Notes: generated by a model not told the origin, from the letters alone. Positions 7,741 to 18,014 are shown, counted from the first letter of the stretch. The stretch: 39,031 nt of DNA from a virus (IMGVR_UViG_3300005805_000006:1-39031), one strand, 5' to 3'. Numbers and translations are program-made.

Positions 7741-8992
7741 GTGGAACATTTGGCTCTACCTTGCTGGTCGTGGAGCAGGTAAAACAAGAACAGCCGCCGA
7801 ATGGTTAGCATGGGAAGCGATAGAAAACCCTGAAACAAGATGGGCAATCGTTGCGCCTACATTTTCAGATGCACGGGATACCTGCGCTGAAGGTGAATCA
7901 GGAATCATCAACATCTTAAATCGTTATCATGCGCTTTCACATTACAACCGTAGCAATGGCGAGATAGAACTAATTAACGGGAGCAAAATAAAATTATTCT
8001 CCGCAGACCAACCCGATAGATTCCGTGGACCCCAACACCATGGCGCTTGGTGTGATGAGTTAGCCGCATATCGTTATGAAGATGCCTGGCATCAATTACA
8101 GTTTGGATTGCGCTTAGGAAAAAAACCAAGAATCGTTGTAACTACAACTCCACGCCCTACGCCTCTGATTAGAACCCTCTCAGGGCGCGAAGATGGCACC
8201 GTAGCCATCACAAGAGGCTCAACCTTTGATAATGCTAAGAACCTAGCCCCAAGCGCTCTATTGGAACTACAAGCCCGATATAACGGCACTCGCTTAGGTA
8301 GGCAGGAACTCTATGGCGAAATCCTGGAGGACCAGGAAGGTGCATTATGGACAAGAGGTTTAATTGATAGAAACCGCGTATCTACACAGCCACCAATGAG
8401 CCGAATAGTTGTAAGCATTGACCCCGCTGTAACTAACACACAATCAAGCGATGAAACAGGAATTATTGTTGCTGGTTGCGATACAGGCGGACATGGTTAT
8501 GTGCTTTATGACGGAACAATAAAAGGTTCACCTCTGGAATGGGCTAAACGAGCAGTAGAACTATTTGACCAATACAAAGCAGATTCATTACTGGTTGAAG
8601 TCAATCAGGGCGGAGATATGGTCAGTGCAGTTCTCAAGCAGGTACGCAATTCATTACCGATAAGAGAGATAAGAGCCCATGTTGGTAAAAAGTTACGCGC
8701 CGAACCAGTAGCGGCGATGTATGAACAAGGTCGTGTGCATCATGTCGGTACCTTTCCACAATTAGAGGACCAAATGACGATATGGACACCTCAAGATGCG
8801 GACTCACCTGACAGACTTGATGCAATGGTTCAAGCATTTAGCGACTTGCTTGGAAAATCTAGCGTCAGTCATTACTTCAATAGCATTGCTAATTTCTGCG
8901 CTAAGTGCGCTTTACCGTTCCCTAAATCAATGAGCCTTTGCCCCAAATGCGGAAGCGCTATCATTGCACCAACACAGGCGGTGGGAGCATAA
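7571..8992 (+). CDS. terL: Terminase large subunit with a C-terminal zinc ribbon
   Basis: Walker A AGRGAGKT, Walker B AWCDE, VTTTP motif III, nuclease IDPA...DETG...DRLDA; ends with CAKC...CPKC. Confidence 0.95.
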   Translation: MTDMEALMQKLSKSPELLTTLKALPPTLQPSLNSKIRASRIIWQRLARKEQLPPNSEWNIWLYLAGRGAGKTRTAAEWLAWEAIENPETRWAIVAPTFSDARDTCAEGESGIINILNRYHALSHYNRSNGEIELINGSKIKLFSADQPDRFRGPQHHGAWCDELAAYRYEDAWHQLQFGLRLGKKPRIVVTTTPRPTPLIRTLSGREDGTVAITRGSTFDNAKNLAPSALLELQARYNGTRLGRQELYGEILEDQEGALWTRGLIDRNRVSTQPPMSRIVVSIDPAVTNTQSSDETGIIVAGCDTGGHGYVLYDGTIKGSPLEWAKRAVELFDQYKADSLLVEVNQGGDMVSAVLKQVRNSLPIREIRAHVGKKLRAEPVAAMYEQGRVHHVGTFPQLEDQMTIWTPQDADSPDRLDAMVQAFSDLLGKSSVSHYFNSIANFCAKCALPFPKSMSLCPKCGSAIIAPTQAVGA

Positions 8993-9540
8993 TGGCTGTT
9001 ACTTACAATACAACGATGGACCAAGGCGCAGATTGGTACATAAATTTTATCTACAAACAACCTGCGGAAATCACTAACATTGTTGGCAACGGAAGCACAG
9101 TAACTTTCACAGCCGCCAATGGTTTTAGCGCCAGTCAGATTGTCAGTATTGATGGCGTCTTGCCACCTGCTTACAATTTACAAAATGTAACGATTGCGAC
9201 AGCGAGCGCAACAACATTCACGGTAGCCAATGGCGCAACTGGAATCTATATCTCAGGTGGGATTGCGACTGCCCCAGTAAATGTGACGGGCTATACGGCA
9301 GAACTACAACTGCGTTCATTACCTTCTGACCCTACCGCTGTTCTTTCGCTTTCTACGGCAAACGGAGCCATTACGGTAACTGGAGCAACGGGGCAATTTG
9401 CGGTTCATGCCACAGCCGCGCAAACAACCAACATAGATGAAGGCACTTATTACTATGACATTGAGATAACATCAGGAGCAGGAATAGTAACCCGACTAGC
9501 CCAAGGACAAATTGTAGTGACACCAGAGGTAACTAGATAA
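8992..9540 (+). CDS. Virion structural protein (beta-rich, fibre-anchor-like)
   Basis: TAATG start at 8992; DQGA...YYYDIEI...TRLAQGQIVVTPEVTR family pattern. Confidence 0.65.
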   Translation: MAVTYNTTMDQGADWYINFIYKQPAEITNIVGNGSTVTFTAANGFSASQIVSIDGVLPPAYNLQNVTIATASATTFTVANGATGIYISGGIATAPVNVTGYTAELQLRSLPSDPTAVLSLSTANGAITVTGATGQFAVHATAAQTTNIDEGTYYYDIEITSGAGIVTRLAQGQIVVTPEVTR

Positions 9541-9821
9541 TGGCTGATGACGCAATAATTATTAAACCAATAGTTCCTATTGTTGAGATTACGGCTCCTG
9601 GTCCACAAGGTGTTTCTGCTTCTGCACAGATTTTCTATGTACACACGCAAGCAGTTGCAAGTGCGACATGGACCATCAACCATAATCTAAACGGTGAACC
9701 TACGGCAGTAGTTTTAGACAGCGCAGGTACGCAGTGTGAAGGCACATTTTCTTACCCATCAAAAAACCAAATGGTGATAACCTTTACGAGTGCATTTACT
9801 GGCACTGCGTATGTGATTTAG
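9540..9821 (+). CDS. Small structural protein with GPQG and WTINHNL domain
   Basis: The domain resembles the C-terminus of the next gene. Confidence 0.6.
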   Translation: MADDAIIIKPIVPIVEITAPGPQGVSASAQIFYVHTQAVASATWTINHNLNGEPTAVVLDSAGTQCEGTFSYPSKNQMVITFTSAFTGTAYVI

Positions 9822-9831
9822 GAGATAAATA

Positions 9832-11328
9832 ATGGCGCGTAAGTTCTTAGTATCTATTGACCTTAACAAAAACGAACTGCAAAATGCAGTTATTCAAAAT
9901 TTAGGCACTGCGCCTTCTTCACCACAAGCAGGTCAAATTTATTTCAACACAGGTGATGGCGAACTTTATTATTATGATGGAAGCGCTTGGGTATCGGTTC
10001 TAAACGAATCTGAAGTTATCTCAGGTTCATTTGCCGCACGCCCTGCCGCAGGTGTAGCGGGTCGTTTGTATTTTGCAACCGACCAGCAAATTATGTATTT
10101 TGATGACGGTGCTACTTGGGCGCAGGTTTCTAATTTTGGTTCAGTAACAGCACAAACATCTTATGGCGCATCAAGCGGCAATGGTTCCTCAAATAACTAC
10201 GCACGCGCTGACCACACACACGGCACACCATCTCTAACCAACAATGCGGCAAGCACTCAAGCCATTGGCGATACTGCAACCGTTGGAACAGGAACAGCGC
10301 CAGCACGCGATGACCACAAACACGCGATGCCTGCATTTGGAAATGTCACAGCGCAAACTTCTTTTGGTTCAGCAAGTGGTAATGGTTCTTCCGCAGATAT
10401 TGCTCGTACTGACCACACACACGGAACGCCAACGCACGATAACGCGGCACACTCCGCAATTAATCTTTCCGCGCTCGCAACTCCAACCGCAGATGTTTCG
10501 TTTAATAATTACAAACTTACAAACCTTGCTACACCAACTAACGCAACTGACGCCGCAACTAAAGGTTATGTTGATGGCGTAGCAGAAGGTTTACATATTC
10601 ACGCTTCGGTAAATGCCGCAACAACCGCAAATCTAACTGCGACTTACGACAACGGAACTAGCGGCGTAGGCGCAACTCTTACTAATAGCGGAACGCAAGC
10701 GGCATTAGTAATTGATGGCGTAACTCTTTCAGTATCTAACCGCGTATTAGTAAAGAATCAAACAAGTGGTGCGGAAAATGGTATTTATGTTGTTACTGAT
10801 ACTGGTTCAGTTTCAACTGACTGGGTATTAACACGCGCTACTGACTTTGATACTAGCGCTGAAATTCAAGGTGGCGATTTTACATTTGTTACTGGTGGAA
10901 CTTCTTACGACAATACTGGTTGGGTTCAAACCGCAACTAGCGTAACTGTTGGAACAACTCCAATTGTTTGGCAGCAATTCTCTGGTGCTGGAACTTATAC
11001 CGCAAGTAATGGTGTTCAACTTGTTGGTTCAGACTTCTCTGGCGTAGTCGTAGCAAGCGGCGGTTTAACAGTAGGAGCATCAGGTTTCGCTCTTGATACC
11101 GCTATTGCTGTCCGCAAGTATGCGGCAGATGTTGGCGATGGAACTGCTACCTCATACACAATTACGCACAGCCTTAACACAAGAGATGTAATTGTTTCTG
11201 TCTATGACAACTCAAGCCCATACGCGGAAGTAGTTTGCGATGTGCAACATACAAGCACAAGTGCTATAACTCTCCTATTCTCTGTTGCTCCAACAAGCAA
11301 CCAATACAGAGTTGTAGTCCACGCCTAA
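9832..11328 (+). CDS. Fibre-like virion protein with HxH repeats
   Basis: Ala/Thr/Gly/Ser-rich; ARxDHxH three times; NLATPTNATDAATKGYVD stalk motif. Confidence 0.7.
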   Translation: MARKFLVSIDLNKNELQNAVIQNLGTAPSSPQAGQIYFNTGDGELYYYDGSAWVSVLNESEVISGSFAARPAAGVAGRLYFATDQQIMYFDDGATWAQVSNFGSVTAQTSYGASSGNGSSNNYARADHTHGTPSLTNNAASTQAIGDTATVGTGTAPARDDHKHAMPAFGNVTAQTSFGSASGNGSSADIARTDHTHGTPTHDNAAHSAINLSALATPTADVSFNNYKLTNLATPTNATDAATKGYVDGVAEGLHIHASVNAATTANLTATYDNGTSGVGATLTNSGTQAALVIDGVTLSVSNRVLVKNQTSGAENGIYVVTDTGSVSTDWVLTRATDFDTSAEIQGGDFTFVTGGTSYDNTGWVQTATSVTVGTTPIVWQQFSGAGTYTASNGVQLVGSDFSGVVVASGGLTVGASGFALDTAIAVRKYAADVGDGTATSYTITHSLNTRDVIVSVYDNSSPYAEVVCDVQHTSTSAITLLFSVAPTSNQYRVVVHA

Positions 11329-11366
11329 TAACCGCCCGCAGTACAAGGGGCTAAAAGGAGATACAC

Positions 11367-13241
11367 ATGGGTCTGCGTGACCGTATCGCAAAAGCAATCG
11401 CAACAGGCAACATAGAAAAAGCGCCACGCCTGCCCGCGGGTTCTGTCACTATGACCGAATCAGAAATGCGCAATCAAGCAGATGCGCTAACGATGCGTCA
11501 AACTTATGGAAACTCAATAGCCTTACCACGCGCACCATTTAGCGCGGCTGTTCCTTTTGGTCCAGGATTACCGATTACTCCAGGGGCAATCAATCCTCTG
11601 CAAGACAATGGGCGACCACAACCACGCCGCTATGAATATCAAGTAGCGCAAAACATCAATGTAACTGAAACACGCCTGGTTCCTTTTAAGACATTACGAG
11701 CCGCGGCTGACAGCATTGACATTCTACGCCGATGCTTAGAAGTAACGAAGAACAAAATGAGCGGACTTGAATGGGATATTGTTTTAGGAAACGATGCCTC
11801 AGAAAAGATTTCCGCAGAATCAGGCGGTGACCATGTACGAGCGATGGCACGCGCACGCGAGAAATACACAGAAGAAATTAACCGCCTGCGTACATTTTGG
11901 GAAACACCTGACAAAGCAAATGGTTTGATTTGGAGCGATTGGTTAAACATTGCCCTTGAGGACATTCTTGTAATTGATGGTTGGGCTGTATATCCGCAAC
12001 CAACAGTGGGCGGCGAACTCTATGGTTTCCAAATTCTTGATGGTTCAACAATTAAACCTTTGATTGATGACCGCGGTATGCGACCAATGCCACCAAATGC
12101 GGCGTATCAGCAAATTCTTTACGGATTCCCACGCTCTGAGTTCTCTGCCACTGATGAGGACCCTAAGGCAGATGGTGAATTTACCAGCGACCAACTTGCC
12201 TACATGGTGCGTAATCGTAGAAGCATTAGCGTTTATGGATTTAGTCCAGTAGAGCGCTCATTACCGTTGGCAGATATTTATTTGAGAAGGCAACAGTGGT
12301 TGAGAGCCGAATACACAGACGGCGTGCTTCCTGAGTTGATGTTTACTACCGATGAGGATTGGGGCAATAACCCTGACTTACTCAGAGCCTATGAAAATAT
12401 ATTAAATGATGACCTTGCAGGACAGACAGAGCAACGCAAACGCGCTCGCTTACTTCCTAAGGGTCTAACTCCTGTTGTTAATGATGGATATGGCGAGAAA
12501 TTCAAAGATACTTTAGATGATTATTTAATTACCTCTATCTGCGGACACTTTGGCGTTATGCCATCTGAGATTGGTTTTGCACCTAAGGGTGGATTAGGCG
12601 GTAAAGGGTTTGAAGAAGCACGCGCTGAAAATTCAGAAGCGATAGGCGTTGGTCCTATTGCCGCTTGGATTAGCAAGATGGTTTCTAATCTTTCTTACAC
12701 ATATCTAGGCATGCCGCGTGAACTTGAGTTCCGCCTCATGACTAGCAAGCGCTTAGATAATGAATCAAGCGCAAGGAAGGCGGATATTGAAATAAAGAGC
12801 GCAGGTAAAACAATAAATGAAAGACGCTCTGAACTTGGTCTGCCTTTATTGGATACTCCACAAGCAGATATGCCTTTACTTGTAGCGGGCTCAGACATAT
12901 TCTTATTCTCATCAGAAGGAATTATTAACGCTAAAGAAGTTACATCTGCGCCAACCTTGGAGGGTCCTGATGCCACACCGACCACACCCACTACTCCTAA
13001 TACCGTTGATGAGAAGCCTGAAGAAATCTCGCCTGAAGAAGCGTCACAAACTGAAGAAGAAGTTGATGCAGAAACTAGGGCTGAAGTAAAATCATTTATG
13101 AAATGGGCTTCCAAAGGAAAACGCGCAAGACTATTTGAATTCAAGAGCCTAGACCCGATTGTTGGTGAAGCGCTTAACCGTTGCGCGTTTGAGGGAGATT
13201 TAGACACCGCAAGAGCGCTCGCTAAAGCGTATTTAACATGA
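11367..13241 (+). CDS. Portal protein
   Basis: Size and position; YGFSPVE, ICGHFGVMPSEIG and TINERRSELGLP portal motifs. Confidence 0.9.
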   Translation: MGLRDRIAKAIATGNIEKAPRLPAGSVTMTESEMRNQADALTMRQTYGNSIALPRAPFSAAVPFGPGLPITPGAINPLQDNGRPQPRRYEYQVAQNINVTETRLVPFKTLRAAADSIDILRRCLEVTKNKMSGLEWDIVLGNDASEKISAESGGDHVRAMARAREKYTEEINRLRTFWETPDKANGLIWSDWLNIALEDILVIDGWAVYPQPTVGGELYGFQILDGSTIKPLIDDRGMRPMPPNAAYQQILYGFPRSEFSATDEDPKADGEFTSDQLAYMVRNRRSISVYGFSPVERSLPLADIYLRRQQWLRAEYTDGVLPELMFTTDEDWGNNPDLLRAYENILNDDLAGQTEQRKRARLLPKGLTPVVNDGYGEKFKDTLDDYLITSICGHFGVMPSEIGFAPKGGLGGKGFEEARAENSEAIGVGPIAAWISKMVSNLSYTYLGMPRELEFRLMTSKRLDNESSARKADIEIKSAGKTINERRSELGLPLLDTPQADMPLLVAGSDIFLFSSEGIINAKEVTSAPTLEGPDATPTTPTTPNTVDEKPEEISPEEASQTEEEVDAETRAEVKSFMKWASKGKRARLFEFKSLDPIVGEALNRCAFEGDLDTARALAKAYLT

Positions 13242-15568
13242 CTTGGGAACGCGCATTAGAGGCAGATGCGCGTTTGGCGGCAAAAAATGCACTATTAGTA
13301 AGAGCCGCTTTACGACAACAATTAGATGCAGAGCGTGCTTACCAGGGTTATTTAGCAACCACACCTGATTTAACTTTAAGCCTGCCGCAACAGCGTGTAA
13401 GAGCAAGAGCATGGGCAATCATTAACATACGACCGAACTTAGAGCCGCTAAAAAGCGTTGTAGATAAATTATGGGCGGAAGGTCTTGCACTTGGTTATAC
13501 AGCGGCAGGTGAGGCATTGATTGAAGCGCGAGAAGCAAAGAAAGCCGATACAACAAGCGTAGTTGATTGGTCTAAATGGAAAGCAGGAGATGAAGCCGCT
13601 TCTCTTGTTGCTAAAAAACCTGGATTGATGAATTTATTAAGGCAGGCTCAAGGATTTACTTGGAAAAGTTTTTCTGACGCAACATTAAATGATTTGGGTA
13701 ATTCTATTGGCGAGGCTATTGCGCTTGGTTTAGATGCAAAACGCTCTGCGAAAAACATTATGAATCATGTTGCAAGCCCCTCACGCGCATTAACAATCGC
13801 AATTACAGAACAAAACCGCGCTATCTCTTACGCAACATCAGTGAGATACAGAGAAGCAGGCGTGCAACAAATGGAATGGCTTGTGTTTGACCCTTGCAAG
13901 ATTTGTGCGCAGAACGCAAATCAAGTTGTAAACATAGGGCAACAGTTTGCATCAGGCGACCAAAGACCCCCCGCACACCCCAACTGCCGATGTGCTTTGG
14001 CTCCTGTAATACCTGGATTTGATGACCAACCAATACCAGGCGCAACCGTTATTGCTCCGCCTACGCCTGCGCCAGTTGGCATCACAGGTATAACTCCAAC
14101 CGCGGCAGAGATACCTGTTAGGGCGGTTGCATCACCTGACTTTGTGCCTGGTCAATGGACATTATTAACCGCAGAAGAAAGACGGCAAGAAGTAATTGAC
14201 AGATACACAAAGTTAAATCCAAATGCGGAACCTGGACTAATTGCTTCGCTTGTAGATGCAGGGCGTTCTATTCCTGCGGCAGATATTGCGTTAGTTAAGT
14301 CAGGTATTGTGTACAACAATGGACCTATACGCGTCATGTTTTATAGCGCAGGCACAAAAGTACCAAAGAATTTACAAGAAAAGTTATTAAAAGAAGTAGA
14401 AGAATTGCAAATACTAAACCCGCGCAAGGAAATGACAATCTTTGTGGCTTCTAATAGAGGTAATGCCTACGGTAGTGCGCTTTTAGGCGATGCGAAAATT
14501 TGGCTAAAGCCCGATACGGTTATGACAGATAAACCAATAGCCTTAGAGGGTGGTTACAAAATGCCAGCGATTACAACAGTACCGCAAAGGCAATATACCC
14601 TTGCGCATGAGTGGGGTCATACGCTTGATGAAGGTGCGTCTTTTACTAGGACAGAATCAATACAAAACGCAACAACAAAACGGATAATTGAAGAATATAA
14701 AGAAGAATTTGCAGGCAAAGCCTTTATGTCCACCTACTCAGGTGAGAACACTAAAGAGTTTTATGCTGAAATGTTTGCTGAGTTTTATCTAACAAAAGGC
14801 ACAACGGACAATCCGCTTGTGCAGGCTATGGCTAAGGAGTTTTTATGGAAAGCCCCTGCCGCCCCTGTAATAAACACACCCGTGGCACCTGTAAGTAATT
14901 ATGTAGCGGCTAAACAACCTGTAAGTTTCTTTACGGCACAAAAAAGCAATGAGTTTTATGGCACTAAACCAAACGGCGAAATTGATTATTCTTCATTCAA
15001 TAAAGATGGACAGAACATCTTTCTTAAAAATATCTTGGCATCACAAGGTTTTAATGGAAAGCCAAAAGTTGTAAGTGCCGCTGAATATAAAAAGTATGTA
15101 GATGAAGGCGCTGTTCCTGTTTACAGGGGCATATCAAGTAATAAAAAAGCAGAACCATCTGCTTTCATACAACAGTACCTCCAAGGAGATGACCCATTTA
15201 TAGGCAAGGGTATGTTTGGCGATGGCACTTATTTTGCTAGTACTCGTGATGTAGCGGAGTCTTTTGCTAAAACAAATGTGCAAGGACAAAAACTGCGATA
15301 CGGCGAAGTTATAGATGCGGTTCTAAACCCACAGGCAAGGGTAGTCAATATAGAAGATATACCAAGACTCTCAGGACAATTATTTGGCAACGATAAATAT
15401 GAATTTGCCCAAGATTTTTATGATGATGCAAGCGCGATTGCCGCGGCTCTAGGTTATGACGCAATTCGTATTCCAACCCCCGTAATCAAATGGGGAGAGC
15501 CTCCGATTGGCTCTGATTACTACATTATTTTGAACCGTACCGCAGTCATAGTAAAGGAGATGCCATGA
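13238..15568 (+). CDS. MuF/SPP1 gp7-like minor head protein fused to a zincin metallopeptidase and an ADP-ribosyltransferase-like domain
   Basis: RALTIAITE...W...CKIC...PPAHPNCRC (MuF); HEWGH...EFYAE (zincin); VYRG...GKGMFGDGTYF...GYDAI (ART-like). Confidence 0.85.
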   Translation: MTWERALEADARLAAKNALLVRAALRQQLDAERAYQGYLATTPDLTLSLPQQRVRARAWAIINIRPNLEPLKSVVDKLWAEGLALGYTAAGEALIEAREAKKADTTSVVDWSKWKAGDEAASLVAKKPGLMNLLRQAQGFTWKSFSDATLNDLGNSIGEAIALGLDAKRSAKNIMNHVASPSRALTIAITEQNRAISYATSVRYREAGVQQMEWLVFDPCKICAQNANQVVNIGQQFASGDQRPPAHPNCRCALAPVIPGFDDQPIPGATVIAPPTPAPVGITGITPTAAEIPVRAVASPDFVPGQWTLLTAEERRQEVIDRYTKLNPNAEPGLIASLVDAGRSIPAADIALVKSGIVYNNGPIRVMFYSAGTKVPKNLQEKLLKEVEELQILNPRKEMTIFVASNRGNAYGSALLGDAKIWLKPDTVMTDKPIALEGGYKMPAITTVPQRQYTLAHEWGHTLDEGASFTRTESIQNATTKRIIEEYKEEFAGKAFMSTYSGENTKEFYAEMFAEFYLTKGTTDNPLVQAMAKEFLWKAPAAPVINTPVAPVSNYVAAKQPVSFFTAQKSNEFYGTKPNGEIDYSSFNKDGQNIFLKNILASQGFNGKPKVVSAAEYKKYVDEGAVPVYRGISSNKKAEPSAFIQQYLQGDDPFIGKGMFGDGTYFASTRDVAESFAKTNVQGQKLRYGEVIDAVLNPQARVVNIEDIPRLSGQLFGNDKYEFAQDFYDDASAIAAALGYDAIRIPTPVIKWGEPPIGSDYYIILNRTAVIVKEMP

Positions 15569-15774
15569 ATGAAGTAGAACTATCCAGGCGCTTAGGGCAA
15601 CTACACCTTAGACTCAACAGTAAATCATTAGATAAATTGATTACGGAAATCCGTAAAGTTTCAGGCATAGAGTCGTTGTCGCAACCCTATAAATCATGGT
15701 TGCTCAATCCTAATTTGATTGCGGATAGATACCTTACACAATCCGCAAGAAAAGCAAAGGAAGGCAAAGAGTGA
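15565..15774 (+). CDS. Small protein coupled to the MuF fusion (candidate immunity protein)
   Basis: ATGA overlap and AAGGAG RBS. Confidence 0.6.
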   Translation: MNEVELSRRLGQLHLRLNSKSLDKLITEIRKVSGIESLSQPYKSWLLNPNLIADRYLTQSARKAKEGKE

Positions 15775-15950
15775 GAAAAGAAGATTGCACCGATGATATT
15801 GATTGGGCAGACCAAACATTACAAACAGTCATGGAAGCGGCAGAGTTTGGAGTACCTGCGGCACAAGTTGAATTGGATAAACGCCGCAAGGCTATGGAAA
15901 AATTAGGTACAGTTACACCAAAGTTTTCTGTTATAGAAGATGAGGATTAA
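15771..15950 (+). CDS. 59-aa acidic protein (second candidate immunity or partner protein)
   Basis: GTGA overlap; MRKEDCTDDIDWADQTLQTVMEAAEFG...; ends immediately before the protease ATG. Confidence 0.6.
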   Translation: MRKEDCTDDIDWADQTLQTVMEAAEFGVPAAQVELDKRRKAMEKLGTVTPKFSVIEDED

Positions 15951-18014
15951 ATGGCTGATGGTTTTGTACCCCCACAAGCAGTAAGGAACAACGCAAAGCG
16001 CGGTTTGAAACTGCGTGAAAAACATGGGCGGGGCGGTACGGCTGTCGGAGTGGCTCGCGCGCGTGACCTCTCAAACGGAAAAGCAATATCATTATCAACG
16101 GTCAATCGCATGGTTTCTTATTTTGCCCGCCACGAGGTAGATAAGAAAGGCGAGGGTTGGGGTGTTGATTCTGCGGGATATATCGCATGGCTCTTATGGG
16201 GCGGCGATGCAGGAAAATCATGGGCTAACTCAATCGCCAAACGAGAAAAGAAAAAGGATAAAGCATCAATGACTAATCTAACAACGGCTTTCTTTAACAT
16301 AATTAAAGCGGACAAAAATGCCGATGGCACTTTATTGGTCTATGGCAAGGCTACCGATGACACATTAGACATTGACCAACAAATTTGTGACCCTGTATGG
16401 CTGGATAATGCAATGCCTGAATGGTTCAAGACAGGCGGCAATATCCGCGAGCAACACAGCAACATAGCCGCAGGCGTAGCAAAAGAATACGAAAAGCGGG
16501 CAGATGGACATTACATACACGCTCTAGTTGTGGACCCTGTTTCTGTAAAGAAGGTTGATACAGGAGTGCTTAAAGGTTTCTCTATTGGTATCAAGAATCC
16601 CCGCGTTGTGCGTGACCAAAAAGCGGCTAATGGTCGCATAATTGATGGAAAAATTGTTGAGGTAAGCCTGGTTGATAGACCTGCTAACCCAAATTGCCAG
16701 TTGGTTCTTGCTAAGTCCGCAGAGGGCGAAGGCGAAATGTCTAAGGTAGAAGAACTGATTGAGAAGGAAGAAAAGAAGCCTGATTATCAAAATATGTTAC
16801 GCGGTGGAGGCAAATCTCAGCCTGCGGACAAAGAATTATACAACCGCGTTGTAAGTGAGGCTAAGCAAAAATTTGATGTTTACCCATCTGCGGTAGCAAA
16901 TGCTTGGGTGGTCCGTGAATACAAGAAGCGCGGCGGAACTTACAAAAAGAAAACAGAGAAGGCGGTAGATAGCATAGAATTATCAGACATAACCGAAAGG
17001 GAAGCCATGACCATACTAGCCAATGAGATAATTGAATTATCTAAGGCTTATGTTGGTGGCGACCTTGTTAAGTTTGATAAGCAAACCTACGACTCTGCAA
17101 GACAAGCGTTGGCAGAACTTATCGCTATTGAAGCAGAAGAAATGGGCGAAGGTTCTAATGAAGAATCCTCGCTCTCTCACCTAATCGCCGCAGTTCATCA
17201 CCTATTTGCGTGGTACGCAGGTGAGGAAGCAGAAGGAGAAGTCATGCAAGAAGATATTATTGAAGAAAAAGCCGCAGAAGAAAAAGAAATGAAACCTAAA
17301 AAAGGTGAAAAGCGTGCTGACTATATGAAGCGTTGCAAAGAAGCAGGCATGAAAGATGATGTGGTTAAAACCATGTGCGATAAATACTTTGCCGCTGACG
17401 CTGATAAGCCTGAGGAAGCAGAGAAGTCCGCAGAGATTTCTAAGTGCTTAGAATGTGGTTGCAATCAACCAGGCAGTGACCACGGTATGACTACAACAAA
17501 TGACTATGCAAATGTTGCAAAGCCATCAAATGTATCAACCGCAGAAATGTATTCACCTGACCAAACACCTAAGTCCGCTGAAGCAGATGAAGCAGAAGAA
17601 AAGGCTGATGATGCCGCCCCTGCCGATACAGAAGCACCTGCGGAAGAAGATGTAAAAGAAGAACAAGTTTCTACTGAGGATAAATCAGTAGATGTTGAAG
17701 CCATAGTAGAGCAAGCAATCAAGAGCGCAACACAGTCAATCAAATCGGAAATTGCAGAACTCATGTCCGCAAAAGAGGCGGCAGAGTCAAAGGCAGACCG
17801 TTTGGCAACTGAGTTGGCTGAGGCGAAATCTCTCGCAATGGCAGGCGGACCTAAGCGCACTGCAAAACCAGTGAGCGAAACCAGTAATGATTTATTGGCA
17901 AAAGCCGCCGCATATAACGCGAAAGCACAAGCAACAACCGACCCAACACTTGCAAAAGGCTATACAACATTAGCAAAGGAATTCCTTGCTAAAGCCAACG
18001 CCGAAAGCAAGTAA
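15951..18014 (+). CDS. HK97-type prohead protease / scaffold multidomain fusion
   Basis: VYGKAT...DIDQQ...NIREQH...KGFSIG...EVSLVDRPANP protease core, followed by an acidic coiled-coil scaffold. Confidence 0.9.
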   Translation: MADGFVPPQAVRNNAKRGLKLREKHGRGGTAVGVARARDLSNGKAISLSTVNRMVSYFARHEVDKKGEGWGVDSAGYIAWLLWGGDAGKSWANSIAKREKKKDKASMTNLTTAFFNIIKADKNADGTLLVYGKATDDTLDIDQQICDPVWLDNAMPEWFKTGGNIREQHSNIAAGVAKEYEKRADGHYIHALVVDPVSVKKVDTGVLKGFSIGIKNPRVVRDQKAANGRIIDGKIVEVSLVDRPANPNCQLVLAKSAEGEGEMSKVEELIEKEEKKPDYQNMLRGGGKSQPADKELYNRVVSEAKQKFDVYPSAVANAWVVREYKKRGGTYKKKTEKAVDSIELSDITEREAMTILANEIIELSKAYVGGDLVKFDKQTYDSARQALAELIAIEAEEMGEGSNEESSLSHLIAAVHHLFAWYAGEEAEGEVMQEDIIEEKAAEEKEMKPKKGEKRADYMKRCKEAGMKDDVVKTMCDKYFAADADKPEEAEKSAEISKCLECGCNQPGSDHGMTTTNDYANVAKPSNVSTAEMYSPDQTPKSAEADEAEEKADDAAPADTEAPAEEDVKEEQVSTEDKSVDVEAIVEQAIKSATQSIKSEIAELMSAKEAAESKADRLATELAEAKSLAMAGGPKRTAKPVSETSNDLLAKAAAYNAKAQATTDPTLAKGYTTLAKEFLAKANAESK

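Noticed and set aside
15783-15796. 14-nt inverted match to 35747-35760
   Set aside because: A few 14-mer matches are expected by chance in 39 kb, and there is no supporting structure.
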